The notes beneath the pieces were generated by a model. That model did not search any database and was not told where the DNA came from. It saw only the letters and a program-made list of their open reading frames with translations. Positions 50,431 through 58,546 of a DNA stretch of 64,000 bases are shown here, piece by piece; within the stretch, counting starts at the first letter, position 1, and every line of letters begins with the position of its first letter. The stretch is from an uncultured Atopobiaceae bacterium (GTDB taxonomy: Bacteria; Actinomycetota; Coriobacteriia; Coriobacteriales; Atopobiaceae). A program made the translations under genes and the position numbers. The stretch spans positions 113,582-177,581 of the forward strand of contig CAWVBA010000003.1 of the NCBI GenBank assembly GCA_963927425.1, in the 5' to 3' direction.

Positions 50431-50466
50431 AAGAGGGGACAGACCTCTTAGGGACTGTCCCCTTTT
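50431..50466. repeat. GGGACAGTCCCC REP-like palindrome doublet
   Basis: AAGAGGGGACAGACCTCTT followed by AGGGACTGTCCCCTTTT. Confidence 0.7.
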
Positions 50467-50469
50467 GGA

Positions 50470-51279
50470 TCAGCCCAGGGCGACGTCGAGCACCATCATC
50501 ACCACGAAGCCGCCGATGAAGCCGAGGGTGCCCACGTTGGAGTGCTCGCCGAGGTGCGCCTCGGGGATGAGCTCCTCGACCACCACGTAGATCATCGCGC
50601 CGGCCGCGAAGGCCAGGAGCCACGGCATGAACGGCGCGATCCACCCGCTGGCGAGCACCACGGCCACGCCGAAGACCGGCTCGACGATGCCCGAGAGGCT
50701 GCCCGCCGCGAAGGCTCGCCGCCGGCTCATGCCCTCGCGCGCGAGCGGCAGCGAGATGGCGGCCCCCTCGGGGAAGTTCTGCAGGCCGATGCCCACCGCC
50801 AGCGCCACGGCCATGCCGAGGTAGGCGTCGCCGGCCGCGCCCGCCGTCTGGGCCGCCATGGCAAAGAGCAGCCCCACCGACATCCCCTCCGGGATGTTGT
50901 GCAGCGTCACGGCCGAGACCAGCAGCGTCGTGCGCTTCCAGCCCGTGGGCAGGCCCTCCGGCTGGTCCGCGTCGGCGTGCAGGTGCGGCAGGAGCGTGTC
51001 GAGCGCCATGAGGAAGGCCACGCCCAGGAGGAAGCCGCCCGCGGCGGGCAGCCAGCCGGGCACGCCCTGCCCCTCGGCCTGCTCGATGGCCGGGTTGAGC
51101 AGCGACCACACGCTCGCCGCCACCATGACGCCCGCGGCGAACCCCAGGAAGATGTGGTGCATGAGGCGGCGCTCGCCGCGGAAGAGGAACACCACCGCCG
51201 AGCCGGCCGTGGTCATGAGCCAGGTGAAGCCGCAGCCGAGCGCGGCCCACGCCAGCGCCTGCGGGATGTTGTCGATCAT
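50470..51279 (-). CDS. zupT: ZIP family metal transporter, copy 2
   Basis: Same motifs as copy 1 (TLHNIPEG, QNFPEG); highly similar protein. Confidence 0.9.
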   Translation of the reverse strand: MIDNIPQALAWAALGCGFTWLMTTAGSAVVFLFRGERRLMHHIFLGFAAGVMVAASVWSLLNPAIEQAEGQGVPGWLPAAGGFLLGVAFLMALDTLLPHLHADADQPEGLPTGWKRTTLLVSAVTLHNIPEGMSVGLLFAMAAQTAGAAGDAYLGMAVALAVGIGLQNFPEGAAISLPLAREGMSRRRAFAAGSLSGIVEPVFGVAVVLASGWIAPFMPWLLAFAAGAMIYVVVEELIPEAHLGEHSNVGTLGFIGGFVVMMVLDVALG

Positions 51280-51330
51280 GGGCGTGCCTCCCAGCCGGAA
51301 CTTCTCGCCACTATATCGGGCCCCAACGTC

Positions 51331-51394
51331 GAGTGTGCAGCAATCGAGAAAAACGGCCCGCCGCAGCACCGTTTTTCTCGATTGCTGCACACTC
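51331..51394. repeat. Perfect 26-bp inverted repeat between araC and zupT copy 2
   Basis: GAGTGTGCAGCAATCGAGAAAAACGG-N12-CCGTTTTTCTCGATTGCTGCACACTC. Confidence 0.85.
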
Positions 51395-52352
51395 AGCGCA
51401 AATGCCCGCGCCACACGCTCGGCGAGCAGCCGAACGCGCGCTCGAACGCCACCGTGAAGCTCGAGGTCCGCGGATACCCCACGGCCCGCGCGACGTCGGC
51501 GACGCTCACCGAGGCCACCTCGAGCAGCGCGAGCGCGCGCTCCATCCGGGCGCGCGTCACGTAGGACCCCAGGCTCTCGCCGGTCTCGGCCCTGAACGCC
51601 GCGCACAGGCGCGAGCGACTCGTGAGCAGGTCGCGCGCCAGGCCGTCCAGCGTGAGCGGGTCGCCGAGGTGGCGGGCCACGCACAGGCGCGCCGCGCGCA
51701 CGAGCCGTGCCTGGACGAGCGTTCCCGCCGCGGCCTCGGCTCGCTCGCGCTCCTCGTGCCAGGCGAGCGCGACGCCCGTCGCCCGGCCGACCAGGCCCAT
51801 GACCGAGCGCCCGTCGACGAGCGAGCCGCCGAAGAGCGGTGTCGCGGCGCGCAGGACCTGGTTGAGCGTGCCCGCCACCTCGTCGGGCACGGTCTCCCCC
51901 ACCCCCTCGACGAGCTCGCGCGCCGAGACGCGATGGGCGTCCCCCAGCTGCGCGAGCCATCCCGGCAGCAGCGTCATCGAGACCGCGTCCTGCACCGACC
52001 CCGCCCGCAGCGGATAGGAGCGCGTGGAGCGGTCCTGCCCGAAGACCGCCACGCCGCCCCCGCTCCGGCGCGGTGCCACGGGACAGAGCGCCAGACTGTC
52101 ACGCGAGAGGGTCGCAATGCACAGCCCCACCAGTCCGCTCTCCGAGAAGGGCAGGTCACGCAGGACGCGCAGCCGGTGCGAGGTGACCACGCCCACGCCC
52201 GGCAGCGGGTACACGCACACGGCTCCCTCCGCGCGCTCGTTTCTGACCTCGCCCACGAGCGCCGCGCCGCACGCGCGCAGCTCCATGCCGAACTGCTCCA
52301 CCTGCGGCATGTAGAGCTCGGCGAGGTCTCCCGGCTTTCGAATTCGTCCCAA
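51393..52352 (-). CDS. AraC-family transcriptional regulator (PchR/YbtA-like context)
   Basis: C-terminal double HTH; divergent from the ABC pair. Confidence 0.87.
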   Translation of the reverse strand: MGRIRKPGDLAELYMPQVEQFGMELRACGAALVGEVRNERAEGAVCVYPLPGVGVVTSHRLRVLRDLPFSESGLVGLCIATLSRDSLALCPVAPRRSGGGVAVFGQDRSTRSYPLRAGSVQDAVSMTLLPGWLAQLGDAHRVSARELVEGVGETVPDEVAGTLNQVLRAATPLFGGSLVDGRSVMGLVGRATGVALAWHEERERAEAAAGTLVQARLVRAARLCVARHLGDPLTLDGLARDLLTSRSRLCAAFRAETGESLGSYVTRARMERALALLEVASVSVADVARAVGYPRTSSFTVAFERAFGCSPSVWRGHLR

Positions 52353-52392
52353 TCTCGCTCCAAAGCACGCCGCCTCACTACCGTACAGAGTA

Positions 52393-52410
52393 AGTTAGTC
52401 GATGCTAACA
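52393..52410. promoter_or_regulatory. DtxR/IdeR-like box
   Basis: AGTTAG-tcgatg-CTAACA between divergent araC and ABC genes. Confidence 0.65.
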
Positions 52411-52439
52411 AACAAGCGAGAAGACCCGAGGAGGCATCA

Positions 52440-54341
52440 ATGTCAAAATCAAAACAGCCAGGGCCCATCGGTCGGCTCCTGGCGTTCGCGGGGCCCCGGC
52501 GCGCGCTCACCTACGTGGGCTGCGCGCTCTCGGCCGTCTCCATGATCGTGAGCTTCGGGCCCTACGTGTGCATCTGGTTCGCCGCGCGCGACCTCATCGC
52601 CGTGGCGCCCGACTGGGGCGCGGCAACGGGGATCGCCGTCTACGGGTGGTGGGCGCTCGGCTTTGCCGTGGCGTCTATCGCCCTCTACTTCGTGGGCCTC
52701 ATGTGCACACACCTCGCGGCCTTCCGCTGCGCCTCGAACATGCGCAAGCGCGCCACGGAGCACCTCATGCACACGAGCCTGGGCTACTTCGACACGCACG
52801 CCTCGGGCGCCCTGCGCCGCGTGGTGGACGGGTGCGCCCTCGAGACCGAGGGGCTTCTCGCCCACAAGCTTCCGGACACGGCGGGCTCGGTGGCCATGAT
52901 CTTGGGCATGCTCGTGCTCTTCTTCGTCTTCGACTGGCGTCTGGGCGCCGTCTGCCTCGTCCCGGTCGCCGCGAGCCTCGCCTGCATGTTCTACATGATG
53001 GGCGGTCGCGGCATGGACTTCATGACGCGCTACATGGAGTCGCTCGTGAAGATGAACAAGACCGGCACCGAGTACGTGCGCGGCATCCCCGTGGTCAAGG
53101 TGTTCCAGCAGACGGTCCACTCCTTCCGCGCCTTCTCCGACGCCATCGAGGAGTTCACGGAGCTCGCTCAGGACTACGCCGTGAAGTGGTGCCAGACGCC
53201 GCAGGCACTCTCGCTCACCGTCATCGGCGCGGCGGCGGCCTTCCTCGTGCCCGTGGCGGTGCTTCTCGCCCCCGGGGAGGCAGACCTCGCCCACTTCGCC
53301 GCCAACTTCGGCTTCTACGCGATCTTCTCGGCGGTGATTCCCACCGCCATGACGCGCGTGATGTTCATGTCCGAGGCATTCCAGTCCGCGGCGGACGCTG
53401 TGAGCCGCGTGGAGGAGGTGCTGGCCGCGCCCGTGATCGAGACGCCCGCCGAGCCGCGCACGCCGGCGGACAACTCCGTCCGCTTCGAGGACGTGTCGTT
53501 CGCCTACGAGGGCACGGAGGCCCCGGCGCTCGACCACGTTTCCTTCGAGGTGCCGGCGGGTGCCACGGTGGCGCTCGTGGGGCCCTCCGGAGGCGGCAAG
53601 ACCACCGCGGCGAGCCTTGTGCCGCGCTTCTGGGACGCGAGATCCGGCCGCGTGCTCGTGGGCGGCGTGGACGTGCGCCAGATGGACCCCGCCGACCTCA
53701 TGGGCCGCGTGGCCTTCGTGTTCCAGGCAAACCGGCTCTTCTCGCAGTCGATACTCGAGAACGTGCGGGCGGCGCGCCCCGATGCCACGCGCGACGAGGT
53801 CATGGCCGCGCTCGAGGCGGCGCAGTGCGCAGACGTCATCGCCAAGCTGCCCCAGGGCGTGGACACCGTCTATGGCGCGGCGGGTGCCCACCTCTCCGGC
53901 GGCGAGGTGCAGCGGCTCATGCTGGCACGCGCGATTCTCAAGGACGCCCCGATCGTGGTACTCGACGAGGCGACCGCCTTCGCCGACCCCGAGAACGAGG
54001 TCAAGATCCAGGCGGCATTCAGGCGCCTCGCGCGCAGCAGGGACGGCGCGCCGCGCACCGTGCTCATGGTGGCGCACCGGCTCTCGACCGTCCGCAACGC
54101 CGACAGGATTGTGGTGCTCGACGGCGGGCGCGTGGCGGAGCAGGGCACGCACGCGGAGCTCCTCGCCGCAGGCGGGCTCTACGCACGCATGTGGGCCGAC
54201 TACGAGCAGGCCGTGAGCTGGCGCATCTCGAGCGGGCCGACAGACCGGGCCAGCTCGTCCGCCACGCCCGCCGCCACCCCGTCGAACGACGGGGACGCGG
54301 CTAGCCAGCCCACCACAACCGTCACGCCGGAGGCGATGTAG
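52440..54341 (+). CDS. ABC transporter permease/ATPase (YbtP/IrtA-like half transporter)
   Basis: THLAAF, EYVRGIPVVKVF, GPSGGGKT, LSGGE, LDEATAFADPENE. Confidence 0.9.
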   Translation: MSKSKQPGPIGRLLAFAGPRRALTYVGCALSAVSMIVSFGPYVCIWFAARDLIAVAPDWGAATGIAVYGWWALGFAVASIALYFVGLMCTHLAAFRCASNMRKRATEHLMHTSLGYFDTHASGALRRVVDGCALETEGLLAHKLPDTAGSVAMILGMLVLFFVFDWRLGAVCLVPVAASLACMFYMMGGRGMDFMTRYMESLVKMNKTGTEYVRGIPVVKVFQQTVHSFRAFSDAIEEFTELAQDYAVKWCQTPQALSLTVIGAAAAFLVPVAVLLAPGEADLAHFAANFGFYAIFSAVIPTAMTRVMFMSEAFQSAADAVSRVEEVLAAPVIETPAEPRTPADNSVRFEDVSFAYEGTEAPALDHVSFEVPAGATVALVGPSGGGKTTAASLVPRFWDARSGRVLVGGVDVRQMDPADLMGRVAFVFQANRLFSQSILENVRAARPDATRDEVMAALEAAQCADVIAKLPQGVDTVYGAAGAHLSGGEVQRLMLARAILKDAPIVVLDEATAFADPENEVKIQAAFRRLARSRDGAPRTVLMVAHRLSTVRNADRIVVLDGGRVAEQGTHAELLAAGGLYARMWADYEQAVSWRISSGPTDRASSSATPAATPSNDGDAASQPTTTVTPEAM

Positions 54342-56117
54342 ATGTCGATCAAGGAGAAGTACGCCCTGACGGACGAGGGCGTGAGGAACGTGCGCCTCGG
54401 CGCGGTGTGGACCACGGTCGCCAACCTCGTGGTCTTTGCGAGCGTGGGGTTCGTCTACCTCATCATGAGCGCGCTCGTGGCACGCCTCACGGGAGAGAGC
54501 GTCACGCTGGGACCCTTGGGCGAGCTGGGGTTTGACCCGTTATCCGTGCCCGTCGCCGGCTGGGTGATCGCAATCGTGGCCTACCTCGCCGTCCTCTTCG
54601 TGTGCGAGCGCCTCGCGTACTACTACCAGTACGGCGTCATCTACAAGGAGAGCGGTCGGCAGCGCATCGCCCTCGCCGAGCGCCTGCGGAGGCTCCCCCT
54701 CTCGTTCTTCGGCAGGCGCGACCTCGCCGACCTCACCGAGACGCTCATGGGCGACGTCAAGACCACAGAGCACGCCTACAGCCACGTGCTGCCCGAGCTC
54801 TACGGCGCCTACGCCACCATGGCGATCGCCTTCGTGTGCCTGCTCGCCTTCGACTGGCGGCTGGCGGTGGCGTCCATGTGGTCGGGGCCGGTGGCGCTGC
54901 TCATGCTCTTCGGCGTGCGCTCGAGGCTCCAGCCGCTCATGCACAGGACGCGCATGGCAGGCCTCAGGACCTCCGAGTACGTCCAGGAGGCGCTCGAGTG
55001 CGTGCGCGAGGTGCGCGCCACCAACCAAGAAGAACGCTACCTCCAGCATATCTACGACAGCGTGGACGCGGCGGAGCGCACCGCCGTCCGCGGCGAGATT
55101 GCGACCGGCATCTGCGTGAACGGCGCCCAGATCGTGCTGCGCCTGGGCTTTGCGACGACGCTGCTCGTCGGCTCCGCTCTCATCGCCGAGGGAACCTGCG
55201 ACTTTCTCACCCTCTTCTGCTTCCTCCTGGTGGTGAGTCGCATCTACGCGCCGTTCGACCAGGCGCTCATGCTCATCGCCGAGCTCTTCTCGGCACGCAC
55301 CGCGGCGGGCCGCATGAGGAGCTTCTTCGAGGAGCCGCTGGCGGAGGGCGGAGCCGAGTACGCGCCCGCCGGGCACGACGTGGTCTTCGAGCACGTGGGC
55401 TTCTCCTATGAGAAGGACGGCGAGAAGGTCCTGGAGGACGTGAGCTTCACGGCGCGCGAGGGCGAGGTCACCGCCCTCGTGGGGCCGTCGGGCTCTGGCA
55501 AGTCCACCTGCGCTCGTCTGGCGGCACGGCTCTGGGACGCCTCCTCCGGCAGGGTCACGGTGGGCGGCGTGGACGTCTCGACCGTGGACCCCGAGGTGCT
55601 TCTCGCCGACTTCTCCGTGGTGTTCCAGGACGTGACGCTCTTCGACGACACCGTGATGGAGAACATCCGCCTGGGCAGGCGCGGCGCCACCGACGAGGAG
55701 GTGCTCGCCGCGGCGCGCGCGGCCAACTGCGACGAGTTCGTGAGCCGCATGCCACAGGGCTACGCCACGATGATCGGCGAGAACGGCGCATGTCTCTCCG
55801 GCGGCGAGCGTCAGCGCATCTCGATCGCTCGTGCCCTGCTCAAGGGCGCGCCGATCGTGCTGCTCGACGAGGCGACGGCCTCGCTCGACGTGGAGAGCGA
55901 GACGGAGGTGCAGGGGGCGCTCTCGCGGCTCCTGGCAGGCAAGACGGTCATCGTGATCGCCCACCGCATGCGCACCGTGCAGGCGGCCGACCACGTCGTG
56001 GTGCTCGACGGTGGTCACGTGGTCGAGCAGGGCACGCCGGAGGAGCTGCTCGCAGTGGGCGGCCTCTTCGCCCGCATGGTGCGCCTGCAGACCGAGAGCG
56101 CCAACTGGGCGCTGTGA
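54342..56117 (+). CDS. ABC transporter permease/ATPase (YbtQ/IrtB-like half transporter)
   Basis: [44 protein letters not shown]. Confidence 0.9.
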   Translation: MSIKEKYALTDEGVRNVRLGAVWTTVANLVVFASVGFVYLIMSALVARLTGESVTLGPLGELGFDPLSVPVAGWVIAIVAYLAVLFVCERLAYYYQYGVIYKESGRQRIALAERLRRLPLSFFGRRDLADLTETLMGDVKTTEHAYSHVLPELYGAYATMAIAFVCLLAFDWRLAVASMWSGPVALLMLFGVRSRLQPLMHRTRMAGLRTSEYVQEALECVREVRATNQEERYLQHIYDSVDAAERTAVRGEIATGICVNGAQIVLRLGFATTLLVGSALIAEGTCDFLTLFCFLLVVSRIYAPFDQALMLIAELFSARTAAGRMRSFFEEPLAEGGAEYAPAGHDVVFEHVGFSYEKDGEKVLEDVSFTAREGEVTALVGPSGSGKSTCARLAARLWDASSGRVTVGGVDVSTVDPEVLLADFSVVFQDVTLFDDTVMENIRLGRRGATDEEVLAAARAANCDEFVSRMPQGYATMIGENGACLSGGERQRISIARALLKGAPIVLLDEATASLDVESETEVQGALSRLLAGKTVIVIAHRMRTVQAADHVVVLDGGHVVEQGTPEELLAVGGLFARMVRLQTESANWAL

Positions 56118-56126
56118 CCTAAAAGG

Positions 56127-56157
56127 GACCTAAAAGGGGACAGTCCCCTTTTAGGTC
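56127..56157. repeat. GGGACAGTCCCC REP-like palindrome (possible terminator)
   Basis: GACCTAAAAGGGGAC-A-GTCCCCTTTTAGGTC, perfect 15-bp stem. Confidence 0.8.
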
Positions 56158-56168
56158 ATCGACAACAT

Positions 56169-56216
56169 GTTAGATGTGGTTTACTCTATGCTCACTAGAG
56201 TTAGTTTTAGCTAACT
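56169..56216. promoter_or_regulatory. Two DtxR/IdeR-like boxes
   Basis: GTTAG-atgtgg-TTTACT (56169) and perfect AGTTAG-ttttag-CTAACT (56199). Confidence 0.7.
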
Positions 56217-56227
56217 ATTGGAGGCGC

Positions 56228-56896
56228 ATGGGTAAGGGGATGGACATCTGTCTTGCCGTTGACGCCAGCGACGCCTCGCCTCAGGAGCATCTTGAGGCGA
56301 GGTTCGTGCGCTACCTCGTCTGTCAGGCGGGCATCGTGCTCGCAGGACGCAAGCCGGCCGCAGTCTTTGGCTTCCGGATGCCGCCCAACGAGGCCGCGCG
56401 TCCGACGTCCATGTGCCGCCTTCTTGTAAAGACCCTCATAGGGACCTACGCGTGGCACCTTCGGCGCTTCGGCGTGCGCGTTTCCCTGCTGGGGTGGCAA
56501 GAAGGGCGAGCAATGCTGCTCGTCTGGCGCCCGCGCCGCATCCGGTCCCTCCTCTCCGACGCAGGGGCGCACGCGTTTCTCGCCAAGAACCGCCTCCCCT
56601 CTCGCAGCGGGGTGCTCATGGGAGAGCTCCGGCGCCGCCTGCGCGCCTACTACGGCAACAGGGCCCCCTTTCCTCACGAAATCGGCTTTGTCCTTGGCTA
56701 TCCCATTGAGGACGTCGACGGCTTCATGTCGAACGGGGGCCAGGGGGCGCGGGCGTGCGGACGCTGGAAGGTCTACGGAGACGTGGACGAGGCGCTGCGG
56801 CGCTTCAAGGAGCTCGAGCGCGAGGAGCTCAGGATCAAGAGGCTCTACTCCGAGGGAACGCCCCTACGAGGGCTTCTCCGGATGGGAACGGCATAA
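56228..56896 (+). CDS. DUF3793 family protein
   Basis: LAGRKPA, FPHEIGFVLGYPIEDVDGF, CGRWKVY; upstream of flavodoxin. Confidence 0.88.
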   Translation: MGKGMDICLAVDASDASPQEHLEARFVRYLVCQAGIVLAGRKPAAVFGFRMPPNEAARPTSMCRLLVKTLIGTYAWHLRRFGVRVSLLGWQEGRAMLLVWRPRRIRSLLSDAGAHAFLAKNRLPSRSGVLMGELRRRLRAYYGNRAPFPHEIGFVLGYPIEDVDGFMSNGGQGARACGRWKVYGDVDEALRRFKELEREELRIKRLYSEGTPLRGLLRMGTA

Positions 56897-56932
56897 AGGG
56901 GCGACAGGGTCCGCACGAAGAAGGGAGAACCC

Positions 56933-57361
56933 ATGAGCAAGAGCGTCGCGATCGTGTACTGGACGGGAACGGGCAACACCGAGGAGATGGCCCACGCGCT
57001 CGAGTCGGGCGTCGTCGCGGCGGGGGCCGAGGCCCGCGTCGTGCCCGTCGCGGACTTCTCGGCAGATGACGTACCCAACTATGGCGCATTCGCCTTTGGC
57101 TGCCCCGCCATGGGTGCCGAGGAGCTGGAGTCCGACGAGTTCGAGCCCGTCTGGGAGGCATGCCGCGACGCGCTGGGCGACAAGCCCGTGGTGCTGTTCG
57201 GCAGCTACGGCTGGGGCACCGGCGAGTGGATGGAGACCTGGCGGGCAGACGCGGAAGGAGCGGGCGTGAACGTGGTCTGCACCGTAATCGCCAACGAGGC
57301 CCCCGATGACGATGCCGTCGCCGAGCTCGAGGCGGCCGCAAGGAGCCTCGTCGAGGCGTAG
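56933..57361 (+). CDS. Short-chain flavodoxin
   Basis: YWTGTGNTEEMA, GCPAMGAEELE, FGSYGWG. Confidence 0.95.
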   Translation: MSKSVAIVYWTGTGNTEEMAHALESGVVAAGAEARVVPVADFSADDVPNYGAFAFGCPAMGAEELESDEFEPVWEACRDALGDKPVVLFGSYGWGTGEWMETWRADAEGAGVNVVCTVIANEAPDDDAVAELEAAARSLVEA

Positions 57362-57433
57362 TGGCTCAAGCTGAGGCCCCGGAGCCGAGTGGACTCCGGG
57401 GCCATCTGACGCCCGCGATGGATGGGAGGCGCC

Positions 57434-58069
57434 ATGCCGACAACGCTTGCTCTTCTCGCCCTGGGACTCCTGGGCTCGCTTCTCATGTTTGCCGGGGACA
57501 TGCTGCTCTACTTCACGCCCGGCGCCTATGACATGGACGGCACGCTCAGGCCGTACATGCGCATCATGCGCGACGTACCTGCCGGCCGCGTGCGAGCTGG
57601 AGGCGCACTCGGACCGGTCGCGGCGTTCCTGTACGTGCTCGGATTTGCCGGGCTCTCGCTCGTCGCGCGCGGCGACCTCTCCTGGCTCGTCTGGCTGGCC
57701 GCGGCGCTGCTCGCCCTTGCCCTCATCTGCGGCGGCGCCTATCACGCCCAGTACGTCTATCTCTCCGTCATCGCCAAGACAGGGCGAGAAGAACTGTATG
57801 ACGAAGTCGCAGGCAACATCATGTTTGTCATGCGGTTTGCCACCGTGCCCATGTACCTGGGCTTTGTTGTGCTCGGCGTTGCCATAGTGCTGGGGCAGAC
57901 GGTTTTTCCCGCGTGGTTTGTCGTCCTCACACCACTGGTGACGAGCTTTCTCGGCCTCGTGTGGATGCGCGTGCCGCAGCCGGCGCGCTGCGTCCTCTTT
58001 GGCGGGTGGAGCAACCTCGTCTTCACGATCATGTTCGCCGCGATGCTCGTCTGCAAGCTCGCTGGGTAA
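57434..58069 (+). CDS. Multi-pass membrane protein (DUF6796-like)
   Basis: FAGDMLLY, GGAYH, about six TM helices. Confidence 0.7.
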   Translation: MPTTLALLALGLLGSLLMFAGDMLLYFTPGAYDMDGTLRPYMRIMRDVPAGRVRAGGALGPVAAFLYVLGFAGLSLVARGDLSWLVWLAAALLALALICGGAYHAQYVYLSVIAKTGREELYDEVAGNIMFVMRFATVPMYLGFVVLGVAIVLGQTVFPAWFVVLTPLVTSFLGLVWMRVPQPARCVLFGGWSNLVFTIMFAAMLVCKLAG

Positions 58070-58070
58070 C

Positions 58071-58112
58071 GCGCAAAAGGGATGTCCCTTTTGCGCATAC
58101 GGGACAGTCCCC
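58071..58112. repeat. GGGACAGTCCCC REP-like palindrome doublet
   Basis: GCGCAAAAGGGA-tg-TCCCTTTTGCGC followed by GGGACAGTCCCC. Confidence 0.7.
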
Positions 58113-58220
58113 ATTTGACCCCTTGCGGAAATCACGCCGACCATTCCTCAAATGTGAGCTACAGTTGACTTGAAACTGTTCACCAAGGCGTACTTTTGTG
58201 CGCGACGGAGGGAGTTCGAC

Positions 58221-58538
58221 ATGAGTGCTCTAGGTTTTCTCAAGGGAACGCACGGCCTGCTTTTGGGCGCGGGGGTGTTGATCGGGTCGGTCGGCGGCAA
58301 GGTGCTCACGAGCGACGCGGCCAAGCGCCTCTACGTCGAGGCCGTCGCGGCGGGCCTGCGCGCCAAGCGCGCCTGCGAGGATGCCATCGAGCGCACCCGC
58401 GCCGAGATGGATGACATCGTCGCCGAGGCCACGTACCTTAACGAGACCGTCTACGACACCGAGGATGACGAGGACCAGGAAACGTCCAAAGCAACCGACG
58501 CAGCCGAGCCCGTCGAGCCCGCTCCCGCTGAGGCGTAG
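58221..58538 (+). CDS. DUF6110/DUF1490-like small protein upstream of P1B ATPase
   Basis: GVLIGSVGGKVLTSDAAKRLYV..VAAGLRAK...DIVAEA. Confidence 0.72.
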   Translation: MSALGFLKGTHGLLLGAGVLIGSVGGKVLTSDAAKRLYVEAVAAGLRAKRACEDAIERTRAEMDDIVAEATYLNETVYDTEDDEDQETSKATDAAEPVEPAPAEA

Positions 58539-58546
58539 GCGCGACC

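Noticed and set aside
47197-51279. zupT duplication as a simple assembly artefact
   Set aside because: Copies differ at many synonymous and amino-acid positions and have different flanks
51333-52439. N-terminal extension making the ABC ORF 1002 aa
   Set aside because: Antisense to araC; real start is ATG 52440 after GGAGG
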